Assembly (NCBI GenBank): GCA_016203395.1
Contig: JACQMV010000035.1
Coordinates: 415 to 64,414 of the forward strand
Direction of reading: 5' to 3'
Source of the DNA: Candidatus Woesearchaeota archaeon
Lineage (GTDB): Archaea; Nanobdellota; Nanobdellia; Woesearchaeales; ARS49
Length of the DNA: 64,000 nt
The translations under genes were made by a program, and so were the position numbers. The notes beneath the pieces were generated by a model. That model had not been told where the DNA came from and did no database searches. It worked only from the letters and a program-made list of their open reading frames with translations. Positions within the stretch are counted from its first letter, which is position 1, and the number at the start of each line of letters is the position of its first letter. Below are positions 36,474 to 46,217 of this stretch, one piece after another.

Positions 36474-37231
36474 GAATAGGAAATTATGAAATAATCAGAC
36501 AAATAGGCGAAGGCGGATTTGGAAGAACGTACGAAGCAAGACATGTCTGCCTTGATGAACGTGCTTGCCTGAAACAAAACATAAACCTGACAGATAAAGA
36601 TGCTGAATTATTAAAACAGGAAGCGAAACTGTTGTGGCAGATACATCATCATTCGCTGCCGGCAGTGAGAGATTTTTTCAAAGCAGCTGACGGAAGCTAC
36701 ATCCTTGCAATGAGCTTTATAGAAGGAAAATCTCTTGATAAGATAATAGAAAAGCACAAAGCACTCCACCCTGAAGAAGTTTGTTGGATATCACAGCGCT
36801 TGCTTAATGCATTGTATTATTTGCACAGCAAAGGCGTTGTGCATTGCGATGTCAAACCACCGAACATTATTGTAAAAGGCAAAGAACATGAGGCCTGGCT
36901 GATAGATTATGGGCTAGCATGCCTTCGCCCCACAAGAACATCAAAAGCAGTTGGCTACACTGCAATATTTGCAGCACCTGAAGTAATTGACGGAAAACCG
37001 CCAATACCTGAAAGCGACATATATGGACTGGGCTTAACAATGATATATGCCTTAGGTGGCGATCCAATATCAAAAATAATGCCGGACTTTGTGCCAGCAC
37101 AACTCCAGGAATTTTTCACAGAAATGGTAAGATATGACCCTGCACAACGCTTGTCGTGGGAAAAAGGGGATTTGGTATCACGGTTGTCCACAATACGCAA
37201 AGAGGTGTTTGGAAGGACAATAACAAAATAA
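36470..37231 (+). CDS. Minimal Hanks-type Ser/Thr protein kinase (253 aa)
   Basis: Gly-loop IGEGGFGRTYEA. Catalytic loop VHCDVKPPNIIV (HRD variant). DYGLA (DFG variant). AAPEV (APE). ATGA overlap with nadM. Confidence 0.75.
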   Translation: MRIGNYEIIRQIGEGGFGRTYEARHVCLDERACLKQNINLTDKDAELLKQEAKLLWQIHHHSLPAVRDFFKAADGSYILAMSFIEGKSLDKIIEKHKALHPEEVCWISQRLLNALYYLHSKGVVHCDVKPPNIIVKGKEHEAWLIDYGLACLRPTRTSKAVGYTAIFAAPEVIDGKPPIPESDIYGLGLTMIYALGGDPISKIMPDFVPAQLQEFFTEMVRYDPAQRLSWEKGDLVSRLSTIRKEVFGRTITK

Positions 37232-37247
37232 CGGAGGACTGAGAAAA

Positions 37248-38216
37248 ATGTACAGCTGGGGAGATGACAGAAGCGCATGGAAAAATCCAAAGGCATACGA
37301 CTTTGGAAGCGCAAAAAAGGCATATGTTGATAAAGTTGGAAAAAGCGCAGGAAGCGCTCCAAGAACATACCTTGAGAAGACAAAACCGAAACTTGAGCTC
37401 GTTGATCCGCTCAATAGGGAAGTAGCAACAGATAGCGAAGAGCCAGTGATAATTGCAGTGGATGGGACAGGAAGCATGCAGTCATGGCCTGCAGAAATAT
37501 TTGACAGACTGCCATTATTATGCCAGACAGTGGGCGGCTGGAAGCAAAACGCAGAAATCAGTTTTGCAGTGCTCGGAGACGCATTCATTGACAACTGGCC
37601 ATTGCAAGTCACTGATTTTGGAAAAGGACCATCTTTGGATAAATTACTCGACGCGCTCAAACCAGAAGGCGGAGGAGGCGGAGGAGCAAGAGAAAGTTAT
37701 GAATTATTCGCATACTTCGTGAGCGAACATGTCAAAACACCAAAAGCAACCTCTCCATTTTTGTTCATAATGGGAGATGAGGGCTTTTACGACCTAATCC
37801 GCAAGGACCAAGCAAAAACTTACATAGGCGACACACTGGACGAGGATGTAAACGCTAAGAAAACAATTGATGCATTATGCCAGAGATTTGACGTGTATCT
37901 GCTGCGAAAGCAATATTCAAATGTAGAAAAAGACAAACAAATACGCGCACAATGGGCTGATGCAATCGGAGACCAAAGAATCATACCTGTAACAGACCCT
38001 CAAAGAATTGTAGATGTAACAATGGGATTGATTGCCAAAAAATGGGGACAGTATGATGATTTCAAAGCAAATCTGAGTGCAAGACAAGACAGTGGGAGCA
38101 TAAAAACAGTGATGGACTCACTGAGAGCAGCTCCTGAGATTGACAAAACCATGAAATCAAAGGTTACAGGGGCAATACTGTCAAAAAAGAGCAAAGCACT
38201 GGAGGTGACAGAATGA
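37248..38216 (+). CDS. von Willebrand factor A (vWA) domain protein
   Basis: The MIDAS-like start VIIAVDGTGSM is the DxSxS motif. There is a poly-Gly linker EGGGGGGA. 322 aa. Confidence 0.65.
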   Translation: MYSWGDDRSAWKNPKAYDFGSAKKAYVDKVGKSAGSAPRTYLEKTKPKLELVDPLNREVATDSEEPVIIAVDGTGSMQSWPAEIFDRLPLLCQTVGGWKQNAEISFAVLGDAFIDNWPLQVTDFGKGPSLDKLLDALKPEGGGGGGARESYELFAYFVSEHVKTPKATSPFLFIMGDEGFYDLIRKDQAKTYIGDTLDEDVNAKKTIDALCQRFDVYLLRKQYSNVEKDKQIRAQWADAIGDQRIIPVTDPQRIVDVTMGLIAKKWGQYDDFKANLSARQDSGSIKTVMDSLRAAPEIDKTMKSKVTGAILSKKSKALEVTE

Positions 38217-39076
38217 AAAGCGCATACGCAACATCAGGAAAAATCTTTGAGCAGGTGAGCATGTACAATTCACCTGCACTGCTGGATCAATTAAGAGCCA
38301 TACCACAGGGGGACATAGTTGTTGTTCAGGGGACATACGACCACATAGAACAACTGCTTCCGACAATTAAAGTGCCTTTTGAGCTGATACAACCAGACGA
38401 AATCAAAAAGCACAATGGAGGCAGAGTAATGTTTGTAAACTGCAGAACGTATGGAGATGGAAATGCAGTTGAAGGCGCTGCAAGATTTGTGGAAGAGGGC
38501 GGGCGATTAGTCACAACTGATTGGGCAGTATCTTTGGCAACAAGAGCGTTTCCCGGAAAACTCTCAAAAGTAAATGAAACAACTGATGATGTTGTGGAAA
38601 TACAATGCCACACTGATATTGCCAGACGGTTCGTAGGACTGAACTATGCACAATGCCATCCGAAATGGTGGTTGGAATCAAGCAGCCATATTTACACAAT
38701 AAAAAACGGAGTAACACCGTTAATAACAAGCGAGGAAATGAAAGAAAAATATGGGCAGCCATACGTTCTCGTCGGTTTCGGAGCAGGCAAAGGAGAAGTA
38801 TTCCACTTCATCAGCCATCTGGAACTTCAAAGAACACAACTGAGAAACAAACAAGACAAAGCTGGCTTAGAAGCATTCCTTGAAAAAATGGGTGCATCAA
38901 AAACAGCAGAAATGGATGATGCAACAGTGGCAGAACTTGAAGCAGCGTATTCAACACTGAATACACTTGCGCACTTGTGCTCTCCCACACCAATATTAAA
39001 TGCAGGAATGAAAAGCGCAACAACGCTCCCAACAACAGGTGCAACAGCAAGCGCAAAAAGCAAGAGATTAGTATGA
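38213..39076 (+). CDS. Hypothetical protein (287 aa) in the kinase-vWA operon
   Basis: ATGA overlap with the vWA gene. No confident motif. Confidence 0.45.
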   Translation: MKSAYATSGKIFEQVSMYNSPALLDQLRAIPQGDIVVVQGTYDHIEQLLPTIKVPFELIQPDEIKKHNGGRVMFVNCRTYGDGNAVEGAARFVEEGGRLVTTDWAVSLATRAFPGKLSKVNETTDDVVEIQCHTDIARRFVGLNYAQCHPKWWLESSSHIYTIKNGVTPLITSEEMKEKYGQPYVLVGFGAGKGEVFHFISHLELQRTQLRNKQDKAGLEAFLEKMGASKTAEMDDATVAELEAAYSTLNTLAHLCSPTPILNAGMKSATTLPTTGATASAKSKRLV

Positions 39077-39972
39077 ATGCAATAGTAACCGTACCGCCAT
39101 ATGCGCCATTTATCAAAGAAGTAGCAAAACACCCTGTTGTAAGCGGACTGCGACTGAACACAGTAATGCCTGTGAAAGAGCCATTAGAAGAACTGCTCAA
39201 GCGACTGCAGGATCATGGAAAAACAGTATGGCTAGACCTAAAAGCACGACAGCTCCGCACAAAAGGGTATTCTGTTGCTCCGTTTACTGAAGTTCACATA
39301 AGCCACAAAATAAGTGTGAAAACTCCAGTAACTGCATATTTTGGCAATGGCAGAGAACACGCAACAGTAGTAGGTGTTGAAGGAAGCAGGTTGTTGTTTC
39401 TTGAAGGACCACAACGAGTAATAGGACCCGGGGAGTCAATAAACATTCCTGAGCCCTCTCTTGTCATATACGGTGGGCTCACAAGAAGAGACCTGCAATA
39501 TATTGAAGCAGCAGCAAAAACAGGAATACACGAATACATGCTTTCGTATGTTGAAAACCAAGATGATATTGACGGACTAAAAAAGCTTGACGATAAAGCA
39601 TGCATTGCTGCAAAAATAGAATCAATCAAAGGAATGGATTACGTTAGAAATTCCTACAAGAATGACGCGAGATTAATGACTGCGAGAGGAGATTTGTTTG
39701 TGGAAGTAAAAAGACCCCATAACATACTTGAAGCAATAGAAACAATAATCCAAAATGATCCAGAAGCAATAGCTGCCTCAAGAATCTTATCCTCGCTAGC
39801 AACATCCCTTGAGCCAGAATGCAATGACATAACTGATGTTGGCTACTTAATAAGCAAAGGATACAAAACCTTTATGCTGGGAGACGAAGTCTGCCTGAGA
39901 AGGGAAAGCGTGATAAGTGCACTAAACCTTTTAGAAGCAATATTTGACAGGTATGAAAAGAAAAGCATTTAG
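39073..39972 (+). CDS. Pyruvate-kinase-like / HpcH-HpaI-type TIM-barrel protein (300 aa, lacks PK regulatory domains)
   Basis: IAAKIESIKGM resembles PK IISKIEN.EG. LMTARGDLFVEV resembles PK VMVARGDLGVEI. Start at ATG 39073 (MNAIV), an ATGA overlap with the upstream gene. Confidence 0.5.
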   Translation: MNAIVTVPPYAPFIKEVAKHPVVSGLRLNTVMPVKEPLEELLKRLQDHGKTVWLDLKARQLRTKGYSVAPFTEVHISHKISVKTPVTAYFGNGREHATVVGVEGSRLLFLEGPQRVIGPGESINIPEPSLVIYGGLTRRDLQYIEAAAKTGIHEYMLSYVENQDDIDGLKKLDDKACIAAKIESIKGMDYVRNSYKNDARLMTARGDLFVEVKRPHNILEAIETIIQNDPEAIAASRILSSLATSLEPECNDITDVGYLISKGYKTFMLGDEVCLRRESVISALNLLEAIFDRYEKKSI

Positions 39973-39978
39973 TGACTT

Positions 39979-40899
39979 TTACAACACCATCTCTGGTTTC
40001 ATACAAGGATAATGAGCCATCATTTTCTGCATCACAGAATCATCGCCAAGAACAATCACAGCACCGCCAGAACCGGCAACTTTTGCACCGATAGCCCCAT
40101 ACTCCAATGCCTGTTTTATAATTTTCAAATCAACAGAAAGATGCGGACTGAGTGCTTCCCTTAACAGTGTATTTTGATTCATAAGCTCACCTGTCTTTTT
40201 CCAGTCTCCTGCTTCCAAAGGAGCAACACCCTGTTCTGCCAAAGCCGCAATCTCATCCATCCTTTCTTTAATCTGGTATTCGCCACGAAGAAATCTTGAA
40301 CGCAAAGGATTATGCACAGCAGCACTTGTTTTAGGATAAGTGCTTAAACAGAGAAAAAACGGAAAGTTGTTTACATTAAGACGTTTCCACTTTCCAGCAG
40401 GATCAGTCATTCGCAGATACTCCTTACCTGTAAAATCCATAAATACCATGCCTCCTAGAGAGATAACGTACCTATCCTGAGGACCTGCAGCCCATTTCAG
40501 CTCATCAACTTCAGCATGCAATGCAAGCTCAGCAATCTGTACAGGATCAAGCCCGAGAGAATAATGCTCATTCAATGCCTTCATTGTTGCAATAATTATT
40601 GCAGAACTACCTGCAAGACCTGCACCAACAGGAATGTTTGAAGAATATGACACCCGCATACTCTTGTTTTGGATACCGAGCATTTTTATCGCTGCTTTAA
40701 TAAGATCATTCTTTCCATTGTATTCCAAAGTTTTTTCTACATGTCCATTTCCTGAAATACAAAACTCATCAGTATTCTCAACACAGGCGCATGCGTGATT
40801 ACTGAACGTGAAGCTGATAACCTTGCCGCCATAAATATCTGAAGGATTACCTAATAAGCCAATCCGCCCATTTGCCTTAGCAGTAGTCTTATCTGCCAT
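39979..40899 (-). CDS. GHMP-family kinase (substrate unknown)
   Basis: GHMP ATP-binding motif PVGAGLAGSSA. N-terminal GRIGLLGNPSDIYGG. Start chosen at MADKTT, ATG 40899. Confidence 0.65.
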   Translation of the reverse strand: MADKTTAKANGRIGLLGNPSDIYGGKVISFTFSNHACACVENTDEFCISGNGHVEKTLEYNGKNDLIKAAIKMLGIQNKSMRVSYSSNIPVGAGLAGSSAIIIATMKALNEHYSLGLDPVQIAELALHAEVDELKWAAGPQDRYVISLGGMVFMDFTGKEYLRMTDPAGKWKRLNVNNFPFFLCLSTYPKTSAAVHNPLRSRFLRGEYQIKERMDEIAALAEQGVAPLEAGDWKKTGELMNQNTLLREALSPHLSVDLKIIKQALEYGAIGAKVAGSGGAVIVLGDDSVMQKMMAHYPCMKPEMVL

Positions 40900-40924
40900 T
40901 ATAATACCTTCAAGCATATTGCAT

Positions 40925-42262
40925 TTAAACCTTATTATATATTGAAAGCTTTTTCTCAACAAGATGCCATGTCACCCTTGAAAGAGGCAACCCAGTGCAA
41001 AGAAAATCCCTATTCGGGCCATGAATGTCCACAATGCTTCCTACGTAATCATTCATGACTTTTGCATTTACCATAAGCCCATCACTACTAAGAACATTCT
41101 TCAAACAACTAAGATTCTTTACCATTCTTTTACTTCCTGCACCGAGGTTTGCAACACTTTCCAGCGCAGTATAACTCGTATTCCCAACACCAGAAACAAG
41201 AATAATCATAACCCCGCCAATGCCTGAAAACGCAACATCTGCTGCAGTCCTCCCAACAGCCACAGCATCCTGAAAGTCATACTGAGAAAGAATCAAAGGA
41301 TGATTCCTCTCAGAATAACACGGTCCGGATTCTCTGACTTTAAAATCCTTAAAAATATTTGCAGGAATCCTGAGCTTGTTTTCCAAAAGCAGCTTTAAGT
41401 AAAGCCCCAAACGACTATCAGTCACACTATTATTCTTATGAGCATCTTTATGATACTTCCATCTCAACCCATTTTTTAAGTAAACCTCAAGATTATTTGC
41501 AAGATACTCTTCATCTTTCACACCTTCTGAAGCCACAACAAATAATGTTTTCTGCATGTCAAATGCATTCTGGCATTTGTCAAGAAATGCCTGCTCACAA
41601 AAACCGCCTTCAGGAGTAAGCACAACATGCGGACCAAGGCACTCGTCATTCACGAGAACACTTGCAGCAGCACCCCAACCGCAATCCCGCCCCATGCTTA
41701 CTAAAATCTGGGCAACACCTCCTTCTTTAACAGAGCAATTTGTTGTATTTGTTCTGAATGAATAAAGATCCTGCTGCATACCAATAACCTTCAATGCCAA
41801 ATATTTTGCAAACGTAGCATAACCCGGACACCTGTGAGTAACAAGCAAATCATTGTCAATTGTTTTTGGAATACCTACAATATAAAGAGGAATCCCTTTT
41901 TCCTGCGAAAATTGCCTCAGAATAATTGCCTTTTCCATAGTATCATTGCCACCATTCAAAAAAACATACTGAATATTGTGAGCAACAAACACATCAATAA
42001 GCCGGGAACAATCCTGCGCATCAGGAACATGTCTTGAAGTGCCAAAAGCAGGAGCAGAGTACTGCTTAATGTGGTTGAAATCATGCGAAAACACATCAGT
42101 AATATCTTCATTCAAAGCACCACGCATTCCACCCACAGCAGCAAAAAAAGAAGAGATACAACTGCGATACTCTTTCAAAGCATGATCAAACAATCCAGAA
42201 GCACTGCCATTAATAACCGCAGTTCCTCCTCCGCCACAAATATAAATCGCATTCGGTTTCAT
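40925..42262 (-). CDS. PFK-A family 6-phosphofructokinase-like (ATP- or PPi-dependent)
   Basis: YICGGGGTAVINGS. FLNGGNDTMEKA resembles GGDGS. IVGIPKTIDNDL resembles the PFK signature GIPGTIDND. Start at ATG 42262, an ATGA overlap with the upstream gene. Confidence 0.65.
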   Translation of the reverse strand: MKPNAIYICGGGGTAVINGSASGLFDHALKEYRSCISSFFAAVGGMRGALNEDITDVFSHDFNHIKQYSAPAFGTSRHVPDAQDCSRLIDVFVAHNIQYVFLNGGNDTMEKAIILRQFSQEKGIPLYIVGIPKTIDNDLLVTHRCPGYATFAKYLALKVIGMQQDLYSFRTNTTNCSVKEGGVAQILVSMGRDCGWGAAASVLVNDECLGPHVVLTPEGGFCEQAFLDKCQNAFDMQKTLFVVASEGVKDEEYLANNLEVYLKNGLRWKYHKDAHKNNSVTDSRLGLYLKLLLENKLRIPANIFKDFKVRESGPCYSERNHPLILSQYDFQDAVAVGRTAADVAFSGIGGVMIILVSGVGNTSYTALESVANLGAGSKRMVKNLSCLKNVLSSDGLMVNAKVMNDYVGSIVDIHGPNRDFLCTGLPLSRVTWHLVEKKLSIYNKV

Positions 42263-43347
42263 GGAAGATAGTTTCTCACAGGGACGCTCTTTGCATGATG
42301 CAGCATAACCTGCCACTCTTTTGCACTGCCGATAAATTCGTCAAAACCCGCATACATCTTACTGGCAATATCAGAAACTGGCTTAAACGTGCCTTTTGGC
42401 AAATCTATACATTGAGAAAATTGTGACACAAAACAATTAACAAACCGCTCATAATCCCTTTGCATCCTGCTAACATCAGCAAGAAACATTTCTTTACCAT
42501 TTATCATTTCAGGAGTAATCTGCTGAAACAAACTATAAAGACATACGGTTGCCCCTACTTTCTCAAGAACATACTCCTGAACAAATTTTCGGGATCTGCG
42601 AGCATTACTTCTTTTCTGTATAACAAGTTCGTTGCTCTTTAAAACAGTTCTTCCATCCATAACATTCAAAAGTCCATAAAACGCATCATCAGATGCCCAT
42701 GATAAAACCCTACTGCTGTATTCTCTACCGGGAAGAAATGTTGGGGTTGGCAAAGGAACCTTTGTGCTTAAGCAGGCACCTGCAATAAGCTGCGTTCTGG
42801 AGTCAACTCCAGTATGATCATAAACAAAATCATACCATTCTTTGCGTTTTTCCTCAGCAATGAATTCATCAGTAAGCGCAAGACGACCTTCATAGCCGCC
42901 TGAAACAACATTACATCCAGCATCAAGAAGAGCGCCATGAGCGCTAATGATCTGCTTAAGAGAATGTTCTGGGTGCGGACAGCAATCCCTATCCAAACGC
43001 AAAAACCAGTCAGCACCAACCTTTTTTGAGAGAAGAGCGAGCTGATTGTTATTGCCCCCATAAGGAACAAACAAGACACCTCTATCCCTACAATAGTTCT
43101 TAAGCGCTTCACGGCTTTCAACATCCCACACAGTCACAGGAAGCTGAAGTTTAGTGCTCAACAACTGAGCACCATTGTGCTCTGCATCACTCATCGGAAA
43201 CTCATCAAGCTTTACAATACCTATCTCGCAACCAGCATCGTTACTTACACTCTGACAGAATCTTTCAAGAGAACTCAAAGCACCACCCCACTCACTTTGC
43301 TCCTCAAGAAGATGCCATGTAGCCATCCCAATAAGTATCTTTCCCAT
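42259..43347 (-). CDS. Hypothetical protein (362 aa)
   Basis: ORF translationally coupled to the PFK-like gene. No recognised motif. Confidence 0.4.
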   Translation of the reverse strand: MGKILIGMATWHLLEEQSEWGGALSSLERFCQSVSNDAGCEIGIVKLDEFPMSDAEHNGAQLLSTKLQLPVTVWDVESREALKNYCRDRGVLFVPYGGNNNQLALLSKKVGADWFLRLDRDCCPHPEHSLKQIISAHGALLDAGCNVVSGGYEGRLALTDEFIAEEKRKEWYDFVYDHTGVDSRTQLIAGACLSTKVPLPTPTFLPGREYSSRVLSWASDDAFYGLLNVMDGRTVLKSNELVIQKRSNARRSRKFVQEYVLEKVGATVCLYSLFQQITPEMINGKEMFLADVSRMQRDYERFVNCFVSQFSQCIDLPKGTFKPVSDIASKMYAGFDEFIGSAKEWQVMLHHAKSVPVRNYLP

Positions 43348-43472
43348 TTAAAATATCCACAACACAACATCCGCTTAAAGAACTAACGGATAAACAATAT
43401 ATTATCGGATATTCTAAATATATATTATAGTGAAAAAACATTTATATATTGAGCCGGATTTATGCATTTTTA

Positions 43473-44474
43473 GTGATACGCAGAATAATAAAACAAGGAC
43501 ACAACACTTTGACAATAACCCTGCCTAGCAAGTGGGTTAAAAATTACAATGTAAAACCCGGAGGAGAAATAAGTATAAGCGAAACAGGCAGCGCTTTATT
43601 AATAAGTGCGGAAAAGAAGGATGATTTATTAAAAACAGAGATTGACATTAAAGAACTAGACCTGCCAAACATATGGAAATACATGATGGCAGTTTACAGA
43701 GAGGGCTATGACGAGATAACTATAAAATTTAACAACACACAATTATATGAAAACCCGTACAAATACTTTACACCGTTTACTGTTGATGAAAAATACTACA
43801 AATCAAAACCGGATTTAACCCCTCTGGAATTTCTCCAACTGATGGCGCAAAGATTCGTCGGCTACGAAGTCATTGAACACCACGACAATTATGCAATTAT
43901 AAAAGATATGGCCGAGGTATCAAGCAAACAATTTGATTCCTCGCTGAGAAGAGTGTTTTTGCTTCTGCTACAGATGGGAAATGAGCTCACAGAAGCAATC
44001 AAGCTAAACAATCCTACAATGGTAAGAAGAACTCACGACCTTGACAATAATGTGGATAAATTCCACGATTATTGCGTCCGTGTATTGAACAAAACCGGAT
44101 TCCAAAGCGCAAAAAAATCTCACCTAATATTTTCCACACTGTTCCTTCTTGAATTGTTAGGAGACGAATTCAAGCACGTCGCATACCACATAATGCACAG
44201 CACAAAAGAAACAAAACTCATCGGAATAAAAACAATATCTCAAGCAACACTGCAACACCTACAAGATTTCTATCAACTATACTACCAATTTGACAGGGAA
44301 AAACTACTCAATATGTCAAGACAAGATCTTGATCAACTGTTCTCGCTTCCAGGAATGACAAAAAAACTAAACACAAAGCCAAATCCACGAGAGATAGAGA
44401 TATTCAATCACTTCAGAAGAATAAGCAGATACATAACCTCATTAATAGAGCTACGCATAGAAATGGAAGTATGA
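43473..44474 (+). CDS. AbrB/SpoVT-PhoU fusion regulator, paralog 2
   Basis: The tracked ORF starts with TTG at 43449. The in-frame GTG at 43473 gives VIRRIIKQGHNTLTITLPSKWVKNYNVKPGGEISI, aligning with the MRRKVTLHGPATLSVSLP of its paralogs. Confidence 0.55.
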   Translation: MIRRIIKQGHNTLTITLPSKWVKNYNVKPGGEISISETGSALLISAEKKDDLLKTEIDIKELDLPNIWKYMMAVYREGYDEITIKFNNTQLYENPYKYFTPFTVDEKYYKSKPDLTPLEFLQLMAQRFVGYEVIEHHDNYAIIKDMAEVSSKQFDSSLRRVFLLLLQMGNELTEAIKLNNPTMVRRTHDLDNNVDKFHDYCVRVLNKTGFQSAKKSHLIFSTLFLLELLGDEFKHVAYHIMHSTKETKLIGIKTISQATLQHLQDFYQLYYQFDREKLLNMSRQDLDQLFSLPGMTKKLNTKPNPREIEIFNHFRRISRYITSLIELRIEMEV

Positions 44475-44519
44475 ACCTACGCAAACACCTGCCAATGCCT
44501 ATCAAAGAATGCGTAATTC

Positions 44520-44650
44520 TTTCCCGCAGCTTGCTGCGTGCCATTTTTCTAAGTAAAAACTACATTTATTTTCCCACGGCTCTTGCGGCTTTGTTAATAG
44601 TTTGAATGTGGCTATCGTGGGATAAGTATTTCATTTGTTCAGAGTGTGGA
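44520..44650 (-). repeat. Partial copy of the dispersed repeat (module 3 only, reverse orientation)
   Basis: ttttcccacggctcttgcggctttgttaatagtttgaatgtgg...gggataagtatttcatttgtt matches ttttccacagcccttgtggcttgatgagtagtttgaaggtatttgg of copy C. A weaker relative lies at about 3175-3330. Confidence 0.4.
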
Positions 44651-44666
44651 TTTTTCACTCACTGAA

Positions 44667-45140
44667 TTATTTCCTTTTCAGCTCAAGCGTTTCGCGCTTT
44701 ATGTCTGAGCCAATGCAATATGTTGCCGTAATCACCGCACTATATTGTGCTCTTAGCACTGAGATAAATGCATGAAAATCGCTTTCTTTGTGGAAAACAG
44801 TCTCTGCAAGAAAGTCATAATTTGATGCGGCAAGAAGCAGGTTATTGACGTTGGCATGATTCTCAAGAAAGTCCTGCACAATTCCTTTATTATCCCTTGC
44901 AGTTGCAATCGCCACAACATGCCTTGCATTATATCCCGCACGTTTGAAATCCAGAAGACAAGTATTACGTATTACTCTGCCTTTTACATATTTACTCATT
45001 CTATCGCACACAGTGGATACTGGCAGTTTCATTCTGACTGCCATTCTTTTGAGAGAGGTTCTTGCATTTCTTCTAAGTTCATTGATTACTGAAATATCTT
45101 CATCTCTCAATTGTAGTGCTTTGTCCTGACTTGTAATCAT
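44667..45140 (-). CDS. Lrp/AsnC-family transcriptional regulator
   Basis: DEDISVINELRRNARTSLKRMAVRMKLPVSTVCDRMSKYVKGRVI is an HTH_AsnC segment. The C-terminal RAM-like domain is also present. It is divergent from the AbrB-PhoU gene at 45273. Confidence 0.65.
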   Translation of the reverse strand: MITSQDKALQLRDEDISVINELRRNARTSLKRMAVRMKLPVSTVCDRMSKYVKGRVIRNTCLLDFKRAGYNARHVVAIATARDNKGIVQDFLENHANVNNLLLAASNYDFLAETVFHKESDFHAFISVLRAQYSAVITATYCIGSDIKRETLELKRK

Positions 45141-45272
45141 TCCAACGTTTTCAAACCCCTGTTAACCTGAGTGGAGTGTTTAAATATATACTTTTGGCAA
45201 ATATAATGCTTATTTGTAATTATGTATTTATCAATGGAAAAGTATTTATAGAGTATGACTGTAATCCTTCCA

Positions 45273-46217
45273 ATGAAACGTAAGGTCAATCTGGTTGGAA
45301 TAAATACACTCACTGTCTCTCTTCCTGCAGATTTTGCCAAAAAAAACAGAATTAAGAAAGGGGATGAGCTATTTGTTAAAGCAGAGGGTAATGATGTTAT
45401 TTATTCTGTTTCTGAAAAAGCGATGGACAAAAAGGAAATAACACTAAATATTGATAATTTTTCATACTTTACGCTGTCAAGATACCTAACTGTATTTTAC
45501 CGCATGAATTACTCGCGTATCATATTATTATATAGTAAGCAGGAGTTGTTTAATGACAAAGAGGGCAAATATTTCCAGACAAAATCAACAATCAAACGAA
45601 TTGTTGACAGGTTGATTGGTGCTGAAATACTATCGCAGACCTGCTCAAGAACAGAAATAGAATTTTTTATTGCTGATGAAAAGCAAGAACTTGATAAGAT
45701 TGAAAGGCGCGTTTATTTCCTGATTAGAGAAACTCTTGATGAAATACTTGAAGCGATTAAAGGCAATTATGAAGAGTTTCACCGAACAATTTATGACCAT
45801 CATGATAATATTGTTAAGTTCATAAATTATTATCTACGAGAACTTAATTGTGCTGGCTGGAGCTCAAACAAGAAATCTATGGCTTACTCAGTATATGTTC
45901 TGCTTGATAAAATCATTGATAACCTGCGGCATCTGAGCGAAAGCATTAACGAATTCGGCTGCTCTGAAAAGACAGGTAAGTATGTTGCGAACATATTTGA
46001 CCTTTTTTCAGAGACATTTGCCATTTTGTTCAAAAAAGAGGATTACCAGTCAATCATTCGCAAAAATTATTCGATACGAAACAAAATGCTAAATGAATCC
46101 TTCAACCTCAAAGAATTCAATGTCATTTCAAAACTGTATCTTTTAACTCATTCACTTTCAGCGTTTGTGGAACTGGCTATCGTGAAGGAAATAGAAGACA
46201 AAAAGCAACCACTATAA
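45273..46217 (+). CDS. AbrB/SpoVT-PhoU fusion regulator, paralog 3
   Basis: MKRKVNLVGINTLTVSLPADFAKKNRIKKGDELFV. Internal ATG of the tracked ORF. Confidence 0.6.
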   Translation: MKRKVNLVGINTLTVSLPADFAKKNRIKKGDELFVKAEGNDVIYSVSEKAMDKKEITLNIDNFSYFTLSRYLTVFYRMNYSRIILLYSKQELFNDKEGKYFQTKSTIKRIVDRLIGAEILSQTCSRTEIEFFIADEKQELDKIERRVYFLIRETLDEILEAIKGNYEEFHRTIYDHHDNIVKFINYYLRELNCAGWSSNKKSMAYSVYVLLDKIIDNLRHLSESINEFGCSEKTGKYVANIFDLFSETFAILFKKEDYQSIIRKNYSIRNKMLNESFNLKEFNVISKLYLLTHSLSAFVELAIVKEIEDKKQPL

